Below, piece by piece: positions 12,664-25,405 of a stretch of DNA of 64,000 nucleotides. A program made the position numbers and the translations under genes. Below the pieces are notes generated by a model. That model was not told where the DNA came from. It ran no database searches and saw nothing but the letters and a program-made list of their open reading frames with translations. Every line of letters starts with the position of its first letter. Position 1 is the first letter of the stretch. The DNA is from Phoronis australis (Eukaryota; Animalia; Phoronida): positions 62,001-126,000 of the forward strand of contig NMRA01000753.1 of assembly GCA_002633005.1 (NCBI GenBank). Reading direction: 5' to 3'.

Positions 12664-15080
12664 CAGGCCCGTAGGAAGGTAAAAATTATTGGGGAGGGGG
12701 GGGGGAGCACAAACCAATTCGACTTCGCCAATCCACCTCCTTCCTATCGCCACACCCCCCCCCCCCNNNNCCCCCCCCCCCCTCGTTCTCTGGATGTCAG
12801 CATATTTGTACTGACCCCTGCTTCCGCCATAGGTGGGTTGGGAGGTAATACCCGAGATGCAGCTATCAGAATTCGAGTAACCGTGAACCAACAAAATTTC
12901 ACGGAGAGTAAGGATGGGTCTAGGGCCAGCGCACTGACGGGTAGCTGGGATCCAACAGTGGATTCGATGAACTAGAGCTAGCCGCTGGTGAGCACAGCTA
13001 TGATTCACTTGAGACAGGCAGCTTACCTCGTACCTACCCATCTGCACTAGCTCCACGGTCAAGATTTGTGAGAAATTTTTAGAACACTTTGTAGAGCTCT
13101 CCGACATTCATCAATATCTTTGCGACTTATTTCAGATAGACAAATCAAATCGTTTAGTGTACTTTTACGTTTTGGGGATCGAATTTTCCCAATGTCTGCT
13201 TGCAACTAAGTTCCTTGAAGCATTGTCATTTCTTACAAGATTAGCTTTTAACTGTAAAAAATCAGCTCATTTTCGTAGATACATAAAAATAAAAATGTAA
13301 TTCAGAAACCAACAATCGAATCCATGAGCAATGCGTTTACCTTGATTTAATGACTTAGTTCCTTTTTGATCCATTGTTAGTGAGTTTAAACGACAAACCT
13401 TGTACCGACGTCAAAAAGCAATGCATTTATTATCATTTAAATTGTGAGTAAACTTTTGGGAATTGTCCAAATTTCATCAATGTCTTTTTTAGATAGGCAA
13501 GGAGCGTCCAAGCGCACTTTACTATATGGGGATCTGAGTTTTTTTCCATATCCAGGCTTCGCTGCAACATCATCATTTCTTAAAATATTAGCTTTTAATT
13601 ACCAAAAATCATCTATTAACCTGTCGGTTTTTGTACATAAACATAAACATGTAAATCAGAAACCAACGAATTTGTTTATCAAAACGGAATGTTATAAGTA
13701 GGCATGATCGTAGGTTTTTGACGGGTAACCCGGGGAACTTGAGAGATGGGCATTCATATTAAGGCGCATTTTTGCTCATTTCCGAGGTACCTATAACGGT
13801 TCACGAGTTTTAACTTGAACTCCAAAAAACAAACAAAAACTGAAATATTTGTTTATTATTGCGAGTATTTTGAGTACCCCCGTTCGACATGTACACGGTC
13901 AACACAAATCGTAGCCCCCAGTCTTCGTGAATTCATTACAAACACTTCCTAGTAACGACATTACAAAGAAATACTATTCTTGTGACACTATTGGGAAAAT
14001 ATAACATTTTTATAACTAAGCATCGGAAGTAGCCTTTTTGTGTAATTCACAAGTAGTGATCATCACGTTCTATAAGATTCCAACGTTTTGATGGTGGTTT
14101 CACATGTTTGGTTCAAATGTTTTGATACTGCTGTGCTGTGCACGGTTGTTTTGTGTTATCAATGAAATTGGAATCTCAACTTTCCCTCGTGACAACTTGG
14201 CAGAGACAGATTTGCATGTATAGAGGTTATACCCGAGCCACCACACCGAGAGGGGGTCCCATCAGAAATGGCACACTCAAGATGAAAGGCTACACATCAT
14301 TACGCTTGAAAAAGAGTGACAGTTCATTCCATTGTCGGGTAACCTTGCAAGAAGTGGCTTTCCTCAGCATGAACGTCGGTTGTACGATTTCACAAAAACA
14401 GGAAAATAGAGATAATCGATTCCAACAATGGGCCCTCTCTTCGTAAGCGGCCCCTTCTTAATTTGCCAATCAATACACGAAAAGGGTGGCCACTTGAATG
14501 TCATCAATGGTCCTCTTCAAGAGCTGGGCCCCTAAATATGAAAAGGAAATGCGCACCAATTGATATTATCTGCCAGGCCATCAATTTTCTCAAGTGATGC
14601 ACAATTTAGAGAAAGAAAAACACGAAAAAATAGAGCGACAGTTGTCTTTGTTATCCTTTGCTAGAAAAGGGCCTCTGGAAAATAAACTTTTGCATTTCTG
14701 CATTTGCAAAACTGTCTTATTGAATTTAAAAATCCAGTGAATTAATATGCTCCGAAAAGGCTTGGCTTTACGAATTTTCTCGATTTTTTGAAATACATGT
14801 ATGAATGATAAAGTGCACGTTTTCAAGTGCGTTTAGACGACCTACATATTTGCAGCAAAAACGGAGACCCTAACAACGTCCTGGGCAGGGACCTCAAAAT
14901 GTAAACCATGCACTGATACTGTCAAATTTTCTCTCTTATCCGTATTCGTAGTCTTTCTTTTCTCGACTGTTCCCGGCCCAAGCCTATGTCGGTTGCCATG
15001 GTTTAACCCTGATGCCTGCATTTTTTTTTTTTGGGGGGGGGGAACGGGCCCCCGGCCCTCTACTGCTTCCTACGGCCCTG
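12664..15080. mobile_element. 2.4-kb non-autonomous TIR element with 5-bp TSD (hAT5-like)
   Basis: TIRs CAGGCCCGTAGGAAG / CTTCCTACGGCCCTG (14/15); flanks TTTGG at 12659-12663 and 15081-15085; subterminal G/C tracts; no transposase ORF seen. Confidence 0.6.
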
Positions 15081-15443
15081 TTTGGTTTGAGTGTGCTAAT
15101 TGGTGGCGATCTTCTGTAGGCCTATACTCGAAGTCGAGACCTTGAGAAAATTGCTAAGAATTTTGAGAAACACGGTAATGGGTTCATTGAAATAGATTAA
15201 TTTTGGCTTAAACATTCTGCACTCTCTATGTATCATACATTTTTAATGTGTGCCGTAGACGTGTCGCATGAAATAAAGCCCGATATGACTAAAAGGGTTC
15301 AAATACCTGTCTGAGTAATTAAAATAGGTCAAATTGTACAAAATACCATTAAACGGTAACCCAAATCAACCACTGATCCTATACTAGAATAGCAATCTTT
15401 TATGAACTATCGTTTTATCTTAATTTTACAATCCTGTAACTAA

Positions 15444-15797
15444 TTATGATCCCAGTTACCGCACATATAGCTGCTGAAGTAGTTATGATCATGGTTACCG
15501 CATATATAGCTTCTGAAGTAGTTATGATCTTAGTTACCGCATATATCAGCTGCTGAAGTAGTTATGATCCTACTAGTTACCGCACATATAGCTGCTGAAG
15601 TAGTTATGATCCCAGTTACCGCATATATAGCTGCTGAAGTAGTTATGATCCTAGTTACCGCATATATAGCTGTTGAAGTAGTTATGATCCTACTTACCGC
15701 ATATATAGCTGCTGAAGTAGTTATGATCCTAGTTACCGCATATATCAGCTGCTGAAGTAGTTATGATCCTAGTTACCGCATATATAGCTGCTGAAGT
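15444..15797. repeat. Minisatellite, ~39-bp unit x ~9
   Basis: Unit GTTATGATCCTAGTTACCGCATATATAGCTGCTGAAGTA repeated in tandem. Confidence 0.95.
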
Positions 15798-18155
15798 CAT
15801 GGCAACAATAGTGCCTCGAGTTATACGTTTTATTTTATGTTCTTTGTTTCTGCTCAAAAATATCGCCATGGTATCAGCCGAGTATTTTACGTTTACCAAT
15901 AAAACAGTCATTTACACGATTCAATGTCCACCGTTAAGCAGAGGCAATTTTTGTATCTCAAGAATTGACTGGTGTTGCGTTTCGTTATAATCTAGAGCTT
16001 TGGTCAAATCTTTTGTCCAAGCATTTCTAACTACTGATAAAACGATTAAAAAAACTCTCTGTAATGAGTACTTATCAGGATTCTGTGTTCTTGATTGGTC
16101 GATGAAACAGTTTCGTTTATTAATAATGCATAGTGACAGCGTCGGACCAGGACAATATTTTTTCTGTGCCGTGTGGTAAGAAATGTTATTTTCTCATGGC
16201 CAGACCCATGAAGATTACAGCAAAGATAAAATCAAATCCAAGTTCTGTTTGATTAGTGAAGTTATCTAACATAAGTTGAGCCAAGTTCAAGCCTACTCAA
16301 CGTACATGCCCCTGAGCGGCTTGACCCATTAATTCTAATCCTGTCATTAATTGATTTAATGTTGTTTGATTAAAAATTGCATCGCCCCCTACTTTCTCAG
16401 ACAATCGTGGATTGAATTCAATGCTTTACTTCTGTAACAAGTTGATCTGCATCTAATTAGTAAGGAAGGCTCGTACTGAGTATTATGACACGACACTAAA
16501 ACGTTCCCATGGTAACGGCCGTCACCGTGTTTGCCAAACCACCTTCTCAGTCGAAAAAACGCTTATGCTTCCTTCAATTTTTACACAGAATATCGTACAA
16601 AGTTTTCTTCATTGTGAGACGAGGACAAATGACAACTACCCAAACAATGCAAAATGGCCACGACGCATTTTGGGGGCTTCGGGACAGTAAATTGGACGAA
16701 GCTCACAGATTTGAATAGACAGTCCATCGAAAGAATGAACACGATAAAAAAACATACCGATTCATTAGGCAACTCTTATCTCCACGCCGTCAGCTTAATG
16801 AGTACGGGCGTGAAATCGCATGTAATCCGATGAACAAAACTCGCGGATTGCTCAGGATTTTCAACTGTCCTTGACTGCCCTGGACGATCCATCACGACTA
16901 CATGGTTGCGTTATGAAGAAATCCTGGGTAGGATAAAAGACGAGGAGTCCACCCGTTACCACTTTTTTCGAAACTCAAAATTGGAACGCTCATTTCAATG
17001 AGCCCGGCCTCTTTGCTAACTGTTGTCTTTCCTTACCCAACCTTCTCAATATGTACCAGTATTAACTAACTCGACACTTATTGAGGGTCACAACCCCGGC
17101 CCGGAAAACTAATATTAAGTGAAGTACACAGTGTGCTTACTTAGCCGAGGTGGGCCGCAAATCCTTTGAAATGAGGCTAAGACCCTGTCCGGTATACTTC
17201 CAGTCGTCCGCCACACACTACAAAACACCACCTCCAGCACGAGACATAACGTCACGTGGTATATGGGGGCATTTACGGTTGAACCGTGTTAGCCACACTA
17301 AAACAAGATTTTGGAACAATATGGAGGCAATAACTCTCCTACAAACTTTGCCAGGAAGTAATTTTTTTCTAGCCAGGTCTGTGATTTATCGTTCGAAGTG
17401 TTTCGTTTTTTGAAACAAATTAAGTAACAAGTCTGTGACATCACCATTCATGATCATTAAGGTCAATGGACACGTTAACTTCAGGTGGACCTTTGTGACG
17501 CGGAGAGAACCGCCTACTCGGTCTAAATAAAAAAGATCGGTTGCCGGGTGAGTACGCTGGGCATCCGAGTTTCAATGTGGTCAAGAACCGAAGCGGAGGG
17601 TAAAATCGGTTTATGTCGATGTAACGATATCACGACAGGCAGGCCACAGGGTTGTGGTAGCGCTCCCTCGATGAAGGTGGTGTCAGAACTGTCTTGCACA
17701 CTATTAAAAACAACTCGAAATGCTATAAACCCGCCTACTGTCAAAACCGTTTTGATTTACACACAGTGTTGATCAAATTGGTCTCAGAGCATCAATTGGT
17801 TTCCAGAGTCAACTTATTGTAAGCTTCATTTAAGGCAATGAACAACTGTCAGTTCTCTTTTGACGCCAAAAAATCACTACTAATTTGAGTAAGAAACCAT
17901 TTAAATAAATGTAAGTAGTCTAAATCAAAAAATATTTTTAACAGGAACCCAGTCTCATATCAGCAAGAAATAAATTGGCTGTAAGTTACAATGTCAGCTG
18001 CTCATTTGGAGGTCAAGGCCATTCCTTCAAAGAGCTCAGCACTACTGTTAACCTTGAAGTTTTAACAAAAATGTGAGCCAGTCTTTGATATCAACCCTTT
18101 TAAAACGTTGAGGTGTCATCTTTGTGCAGGTCACCTAGTCTTCCCTTGTCCGCAC

Positions 18156-18313
18156 CAGTGGCGGATTTAGAGGGGGTCCAAGGGGGCCATGGCCCCCCTA
18201 AAATTCTACCAGATTACATTTGGCAGTTTGGGGGTGCGAATGTCTAACTGGCAAAATCCTGGCTAATACTCTGCCCTGGCCCCCCCTAACTCAAAATCCT
18301 GGATCCGCCCCTG
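18156..18313. mobile_element. 158-bp MITE with near-perfect 5-bp TSD (hAT5-like)
   Basis: TIRs CAGTGGCGGATTTAG / CTGGATCCGCCCCTG (12/15); flanks CGCAC and TGCAC (one CpG-type transition). Confidence 0.65.
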
Positions 18314-18487
18314 TGCACGCGACTCGGGTCGGCGCATACAAAACTTCTCTCAAGCACGCTATTCACCTCTCACCGATGCAAATTCCCCAACTATGGCACC
18401 ACTTTTTGCATCTGGTGGACATATTTCTTTGCTGGAGCACATACTAACCATTCTCCAGCCTCCCACAACTTATCCCTTGTACGCATG

Positions 18488-18556
18488 TACCCACAAGCCA
18501 TTCTGTACTATGAGTGTGCTACATACCCACAAGCCATTCTGTACTATGAGTGTGCC
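18488..18556. repeat. Tandem duplication, ~36-bp unit x2
   Basis: TACCCACAAGCCATTCTGTACTATGAGTGTGC occurs twice in tandem. Confidence 0.85.
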
Positions 18557-18819
18557 ACATCCTCAACAATTACAAACAATTCTAGTATGAGAATTTGGTA
18601 ACAAACCTAGTACATGCTGCGTCTGACAAGATTTTACCACCCCAATGTAAAACTATACAACACAGAGGAATAAAACAGTTAAAGGCACATAAATAGAGGA
18701 TTTGATTAAAATTAAATAAAACAACAGATAAAACAAAAAATCCAAAAGGATAGTAAACTTTCACTCCACATAAACCCATTAAGTTCATGATGTGAGCCAT
18801 AACACCAGTCATTTATAAA

Positions 18820-19010
18820 TGGTATCACATGGTCTGATCATTATTCATAGCCATACCTTATCTAGGTCTAGGTAATGCCCCCAAACTCACACTGGTATCA
18901 CACGGTCTGCTCATTATTCACAGCCTTTCCTTATCTAGGTGTATGTGATGCCCCTACTCACACAGGTACTACATCACATGCTCTGCTCATTATTCAAGGC
19001 CATACCTTCT
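18820..19010. repeat. Diverged tandem repeat, ~73-bp unit x ~2.5-3
   Basis: ATCACA(T/C)GGTCTG(A/C)TCATTATTCA..GCC...CCTTATCTAGGT recurs. Confidence 0.75.
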
Positions 19011-19476
19011 AACAGTTCCACACAATGACTCCAAACTCACAGGCATCACACAATTAGCACATAATTCAGGTAGATCTACTGAGCTAACTTAGGTATCTTA
19101 TTGAGCAAAAATTGTGCGCATATGGGTCACATGCATAAAACAGATTAAATGCACATAGCCAAGCCCTGACTTTCAAGATATAACAAAAATAAATTTGTCA
19201 CATTAGGACAGAGGTATGTGAGGATTGGAGGTGACAGCTCTTCCACTATGTTTTGTTGTGTGACTCATCAAAGCAAAATGTCCACTAAACTTGAAGATGA
19301 GCAGTTAGTTTCAGCACCAAGATTCACAGAACAACACCCAGAACCAAGGTCCATGACATACAATGCTTCCATGGCGACTGTTACAGAGCTTTAGCCAGGG
19401 TTGACATATCACTTGTTGCTTGAATATACCACTGACCATTGCCACATGACTCAGGAGTGTTTGCCTTGTTTGTACT

Positions 19477-19542
19477 TCACTTTGCCACTTCAACATCTGT
19501 CCTGGTAGAGGGCGCTATTTCTTCACCAGCAGCAAAATCTTC
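19477..19542 (-). CDS. DPH3: DPH3 coding exon 3 (EDFAAGEEIAPSTRTDVEVAK*)
   Basis: Minus-strand acceptor TTTCATTTCCTCAG, phase 0, 21 codons + TGA; resembles the recalled human C-terminus (DQFVCGETVPAP...); the spliced protein is 82 aa. Confidence 0.85.
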   Translation of the reverse strand, partial: EDFAAGEEIAPSTRTDVEVAK

Positions 19543-20206
19543 CTGAGGAAATGAAATCATAATTATACAATCTCCATTTGTACAGTTCACTAGTTTGCCT
19601 GCATTGGACAATCACACGCCATAACTTATTCATTCCACATTGAAATGCTTTGATAACAGAAACAGCTATTTAAGGTTTGAAGTTATACTAACAATTAGTC
19701 AACCAGTCTACTTAATTCCAGGAAGGTTCTCTTCCACACAGCAGGTTGGGGGCACTCAGACATTCCAAATCCAAACCATCATAGACAAGACAACATGAAG
19801 TGATGAAAAACATGGCCTGCTCCATGCTGTCACTACCTGACCACTTTAAAGGTGTGTACATGCAATCTGGTCCCAAAGACTGCAGTTTGATCATGTGTGG
19901 AGCACTTTCCATGCATGTGCATACAGTTTAGAAGTATAGGTCTGTGGATTAGTACTGCGAGTTTGGTGACTGCTGGTCTGGGATTTTAGTTCAGGGAATC
20001 ACCATTGGAATTTAGAGGCATGGTTATGGAATTGCAACGCGTCTTGTAAATTTTTCAGATTTGATAAACAACATTTCAACAAGTCAAGAGGAACCAAAAT
20101 GTGGTAACTAAGTGTTTCTTTAATTTTTAATTTTTTTTTTTGTTTTCCCAGTTGAGCAAGGACATACGTTAGGCATCCCCTTGCCTTACTTTACAGTAAG
20201 TGATTC

Positions 20207-21358
20207 AATAGCCCACTTGCGAGTTTCTCGTTAGTCAATGTGACGTCACCGGAAAAGGGGCAAAACCGGCCATATTGCTCTTGTTTGGCCCCGAGTTGTT
20301 GCTACACACGCTAAATTTTACAGGAGTTCTTATGGTGAATTTTACGCTTAAAACGTAAACACAACTTAAAAGATGGTAGATGGATCGTGGAATAACTGTG
20401 AATGGACGAAGAAAATGTGAACTTATGTTGTGCGAAGCTGTGAACGGACTGAAATTGGAACTCAACGCGGTCTAGGCCTGAATGCCGCAGGCATACAGGG
20501 GCGATAGTTTATCCCCATAAAAAGTTACTCACTTCAAAATACAGCAAATAAAATCAAATGAAACATGCATATGTGCACATGGAGTTACAATTAATTAACA
20601 CATACCCTGACTCTGGATACAATTTAGTCTACAAATAACTTGAATCTATCCATGAAAACCTCGCGGTTCCCTCAAGTTTCTCTCACAGGGCGCCATCTTG
20701 AGGAAGTTACGTGAAATCACGAACAATAAGACCAAGGAACACAAATCTTACAAATTCACTTGATATGTTCTCATGTTATTTTGCAAGTGTCACGCGCCAC
20801 GTCTCGAGCTTCACTCAGTCTCGCGCTAGCCTTTGCCTCATACTCACGTGACCAGTTGAACTACTTTGTGGTTATCACGTGCGCGGTTTAAGTTAACAGT
20901 AACCACAATGTGGAGTTGGAATTCTTCGCCAAAGTCACCTGAATTCCCATAGCTATGCTTCATCAAAGATATGTTTAGAAGCAGAAAGGACCACTGGAGA
21001 AAATAAGCGCCTTTTTAGGTGATAATTTTAGATGAAGAATGTATTTTTGACGTGGTGAAAACTTAATCAGTGAGCGGATTTCGCCTATCGCCCGCTTAAA
21101 ATACACGAAACAAAATTAGTACAAAACGCGATAGAACGTATTGTAGTGCGAATCTGAATTTCTTTTGCCATAACAGCAATACTTGTTTGGCATTTTTTGA
21201 ACTAAACGGCCAAAAAGTGGAAGAAAATAACAGAATACACTCTGCTAACATATTGGGCAAATGAGCCAAACGACAAGCTTTTGCCCCACTTCCCGTGACG
21301 TCCCAATTAAGTCTCGCGTAATCTCGCGTTATTGTTATAAACTCGCAAAAGGACTATT
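20207..21358. mobile_element. MITE with imperfect bipartite TIRs, interrupted by family A copy 2
   Basis: AATAGCCCACTTGCGAGTTT vs AAACTCGCAAAAGGACTATT, and GACGTCACCGGAAAAGGGGCAAAA vs TTTTGCCCCACTTCCCGTGACGTC, are inverted matches. Confidence 0.65.
20477..21146 (-). mobile_element. Dispersed repeat family A, copy 2 (inverted)
   Basis: Reverse complement of 10785-11455 over ~670 bp; subterminal inverted repeat GGGCGATAG (20499-20507) / CTATCGCCC (21085-21093). Confidence 0.8.
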
Positions 21359-23519
21359 AAAGTTAAATGTACATCTGACCTGGGGTTTAATAAACTAGCT
21401 AAATGATAGAACACAACACAAAACCTGCAATTTTCACATCAAACATCTGACCGACTTTAAAAACACACTGAAATGGACTTTGTACCTATCGCGAGAAAAA
21501 GTCGCACTGCATATCCAATTTACAAAACCTTTGAACACATTCATTATCAACTTTCAGTCACCTTAGGAGATGGCACTTGAAACAAGTGGCTTATCTATCA
21601 GGCCTGCCTATTAGCTCAAAAATCTTGCTCAGAAGGTCAAAGGCCATGACCTCTGAAGACAACTGCTTTGATCTTTATCTCAGTGCAATGATAAATGTCA
21701 CTCTGTTATTACATATTGAGCTTCACTGTCTTTTACCAAGACAGATTAACTTAAACCCATTTACTGAAGTTTTATTCTTAGACATCCCAAGTCTTTTACA
21801 CTGTTAAATTTTAATTAAGTTATGAGGACATACTAGTACCTGGTTCAGAGAGTAACTTCAAATTTGCATAAATTTCTAATACAGGCACACATTAAGTTTT
21901 CAGATTCATACAATTTAGTGTGAAACTGCACGAGTTTATAAAATGAAAATCTTAGAAACATATGGTGTAGTTCAGCTTAATGCCACAGGATGTCATCAAG
22001 AGATATGTGGCAAAATGGTTGCTTAACAACTAACCAAATATCATCATCAAGGAGCAAGTTTCCTAATTGGCATAATTTCTGGTTTTCATCAGTTGTACCT
22101 CATCCTGAAAAGATGCTAGTAGCCAAACTGAGGAAATAGCAAGTGAAAGAATAGGAAACCACAGAGACAGACTAATTTGGTTATGCAATCCAAACCCTCA
22201 GATATGCAATTGTAAAACTCACAACAAGCAGTTAGTTAGCCAAAATGACCATTAGCGGAATTAACTTCCATCTACAAAATACTTAATTATGAAGTATGCA
22301 ACAAATCTAACTGTCGGTGCAAATATGACTCACAGAAGTAATATTCACCATAACCAGAAGGTGGGGTTGCTGGTTTTAATAAAGTCCACATAATTCCACA
22401 GTGTATCTTATCAGTTCGACATTTGGGGTGTTGGTAGGAAGAGAGTACACAGGGAGGCACTTGTCCTGCTTTTAAAGGGCACTTGACAAAGACAATAGAG
22501 GACAGAGGAGGCAGCAACAAATAAAGTGAGTACACTTGCAGCTAGGAGTGTCAACTTGAATTTGTAAGGTAATCGTTGATACAGTTAAGATAGCCATGGG
22601 TAAGAAGTTCTGATAACTTGATCAAGACTGAAATATGCCACATTTTCTCACTTTGACCATTCATAACTTTTCTACAGTAAAGAAACCTCTGGCATTAATA
22701 TTGTAGTCAAGTGAAAATATTGTAGAGTAGTATTGTGGGGTAATGTAGCAAAATGTCTGTGATATCTCATACTAGATGAATTCTTCAGCTCTGCCATACT
22801 TCCAAAATCCACTTCCAGTCAATTGAAATTTAACACAATTTAAATAATCTTTTCAAGTCACTTTTTGCAACTTTACTGTCAACTGCATGGAAATAATGTC
22901 AAGTGAATAATGAACATCTGAAAATAAAAATGAATGCCAAAAGAAACTCCATTTTGAAACTCAAACACATTTTTAATTTCAGAAAGCTAATTCTGTCACT
23001 TTATTAGAATTTTGTTTTTTCGACCAAGAGAAACTCTAACGCCAAGACAAAACTGACTAGGTCTGATAACTGATTCAAAATGGTCGTACTTACGAAAGTA
23101 CTCACAAAGCAAAAGTGCACAAGTTTCCAAACTAACAAACAGAGTTTGACAGAATTCTGACTGCCAAACTTGGAACGGAGTTTTTGCTAAGATTTTTGGC
23201 AGTTTAGTCAAACAGTTAGCTTTGTCATAGTAAAATGACATTTCTGTGGTATTTGAATCCCAGTTAATCCGATGACATTTAAATGGGCTTAATTTATAAG
23301 GAAAGTTCTCATCACTTGGACAGTGTGTGCAACAAAACATGTCACAAATTGAAACATCTAGCCAGAACAGAAACGGATAATTAGCCATGATTTTTTACAT
23401 TGAAACTTAAGTTTGTTGAATTTCAAACTTGTCCAGTAAAGTTTGAAAACTACTGCTACAGTGCTGCAAAATAGTTGTGTGTAGAAAGTTGTGTGTCTGT
23501 CTGTTTGTCACTTCTAGTT

Positions 23520-23720
23520 AATGTGCAGTAACCAGGAGAGTGCAAATATACTAAACTACAGTGTTAGACAAAAGTAAAGAGACAAAATAATGTTCAGTAA
23601 CCAAGAGAGCACAATATACTACACTACAGTGTTAGACAAAAGTAAAGAGACAAAATAATGTTCAGTAACCAGGAGAGTGCAAATGTACTACAGTGTTAGA
23701 CAAAAGTAAAGAGACAAAAT
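23520..23720. repeat. Tandem repeat, ~68-bp unit x3
   Basis: CAGTAACCA(G/A)GAGAG...CTACAGTGTTAGACAAAAGTAAAGAGACAAAAT three times. Confidence 0.9.
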
Positions 23721-23890
23721 ACTGTTTCCCTGTCATGGTGTCTAATTATCTTAAGAAAGAAATTATAACTATTAGGGTGGTTTTCTGTCATGAGGGTATA
23801 CTACTCTGACACCAGTCCCAATGTTCCCGCTCCCTACATTCTCCCATCCCTATACAGTGTTTCAACTGGGTTTTGAAAGGAGCGTGGTGG

Positions 23891-24352
23891 CAGGCCTTTA
23901 TCCAGGACTTCAAAAATAGGGTGTCCAAAATGGGGTTCCCAATATTCCAGGGCGTCCATGATTCTGACGCATAACCCCCCCACCCCCAGCAATCCCCCCA
24001 TACACACAGATTTTTTTAGAAAAAATGCATAGACCAAGGTTTTTACATCTAAGTTTACAAAACAGCCTTCTGTAGTGAGCATTTTTATTAAAAAAACTGT
24101 GTAGACCAAGACTTTTACAATGCTGTCAACCAAGTGTGAGCATAGCAACATTGTATATACTTTGTATATACATTGTATGTTTCTTCCTGCTTTGAAAAAA
24201 GAGCCCCCACTGTGAGTCTTCATAGGTTTCCTATTAATCATTACAATGTGTGTGTCCAAACTTGAAAGGTTCCTATTAATATAGTGGGCAGCCAAATGAT
24301 ACTTTGGGCGTCCTTGCCAAGGGTCAATATTAGTACGCTGCATAAAGGCCTA
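23891..24352. mobile_element. 462-bp hAT-type MITE with 8-bp TSD, nested
   Basis: TIRs CAGGCCTTTATCCAG / CTGCATAAAGGCCTA; exact TSD CGTGGTGG at 23883-23890 and 24353-24360. Confidence 0.8.
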
Positions 24353-25292
24353 CGTGGTGGTAAATGGCCAAAACGGGGTGCAAAGCCCGTTTCCACACGC
24401 GAATATGAGAAGTGGGTCTCAAAAGGAGCGTGGTGGTGAATGCTCGACGCGGATGTGGAACCCGGCGCCACATGCAAGCATGGGATGAAGTGAGATCCCA
24501 CCATTGGGGGGGGGGGAGGGTTGGGAGACCTTCCCCTAGCAAAATTTGAAAATTATATGTAATTGGTTGCAGTTTGCTCATTATAGACAAGACCTTAACC
24601 CAAGCCACATGTAGTGAAAGTGTCTGGGTAAAGGACACTTCGCAAGACAAATTGGCAATGAAGTGTTCGGCATAGTGTGATCTCTGTCGCACTTGAGTAC
24701 TAAAAGCAGTGTTAAAATTCAATTATCCACGAAGTGACAACCATAGAACAAAAATATGTGAACTTTGTAGACATAACAAACTAATTCGTGTAACGAAACT
24801 TTCGTTGATATCGTCTTGCTAAACATATATCAGTGATAATGGATTGGCGTTGGCCAGCGACGGCGTAGCAGACGGTGTATAATCCAGTCCATGCAGACGA
24901 ATCTGAGACTGGTTAACATTCAATAACAACATGCTGGTGCAGAGCTATGGTTGATTAAACAGTAGGATGCCCTGCAGTATAATTCACAATGTCTTTTGTA
25001 AACTTGGACACGATAAAATGAATGAAGCAGAAATCTTACTATTTCTTACTTTATTAGCAAGCCCTGGTGCTTTCCCATTTTAGAAAATTCGTATCGAGGT
25101 CGTTGCCTGGTCCCCGGCTGTATTAAGTTTATATGCATTGTCGTATAACCATGCAAAAACGAGGTACAAAAGGAGACTGGGGATTGAATGCCTGTGTTTA
25201 ACAGGGGCACAATTCAAGATCCCAGTGTAAAATTATTGTTATTCCCTTTCAATCCACAAACGGCGAAAGGTGCCTTGTGACTTGTACTTATT

Positions 25293-25405
25293 CATTATTA
25301 CTAGCGATTATTTTTACTAGTGATCATTTTTACTTGCGATTCATTTTACTAGCGATCATTATACTAGCAATCATTTTTATTAGCGATCATTTTTATAGAG
25401 CGATT
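25293..25405. repeat. Degenerate ~18-19-bp minisatellite
   Basis: CATTTTTACTAGCGAT-like unit repeated about 6 times. Confidence 0.75.

Noticed and set aside
12463-13107. Longest track ORF (214 aa, minus strand)
   Set aside because: Runs through G/C homopolymers, Ns and a TIR-element end; no recognisable domain.
15444-15797. Regular repeats (also 60333-60488, 62411-62525) as CRISPR arrays, or as the repeat protein in the ORF track
   Set aside because: Head-to-tail units without unique spacers, eukaryotic context and no cas genes; the ORFs arise because the unit length is a multiple of 3.
19380-19479. Open frame of ~31 codons after the DPH3 TGA (readthrough or selenocysteine?)
   Set aside because: Stop context is TGA-A, the protein already has the expected length, and no SECIS or targeting signal was recognised.
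19501-19517. CTCF-like word GGTAGAGGGCGC
   Set aside because: Lies inside DPH3 coding exon 3 and is explained by its codons.
21972-22047. Minus-strand ATGATGA...TGATGA...CTGA resembling a C/D box snoRNA in DPH3 intron 2
   Set aside because: No terminal stem, no D' box, and no rRNA/snRNA complement that I could recognise.
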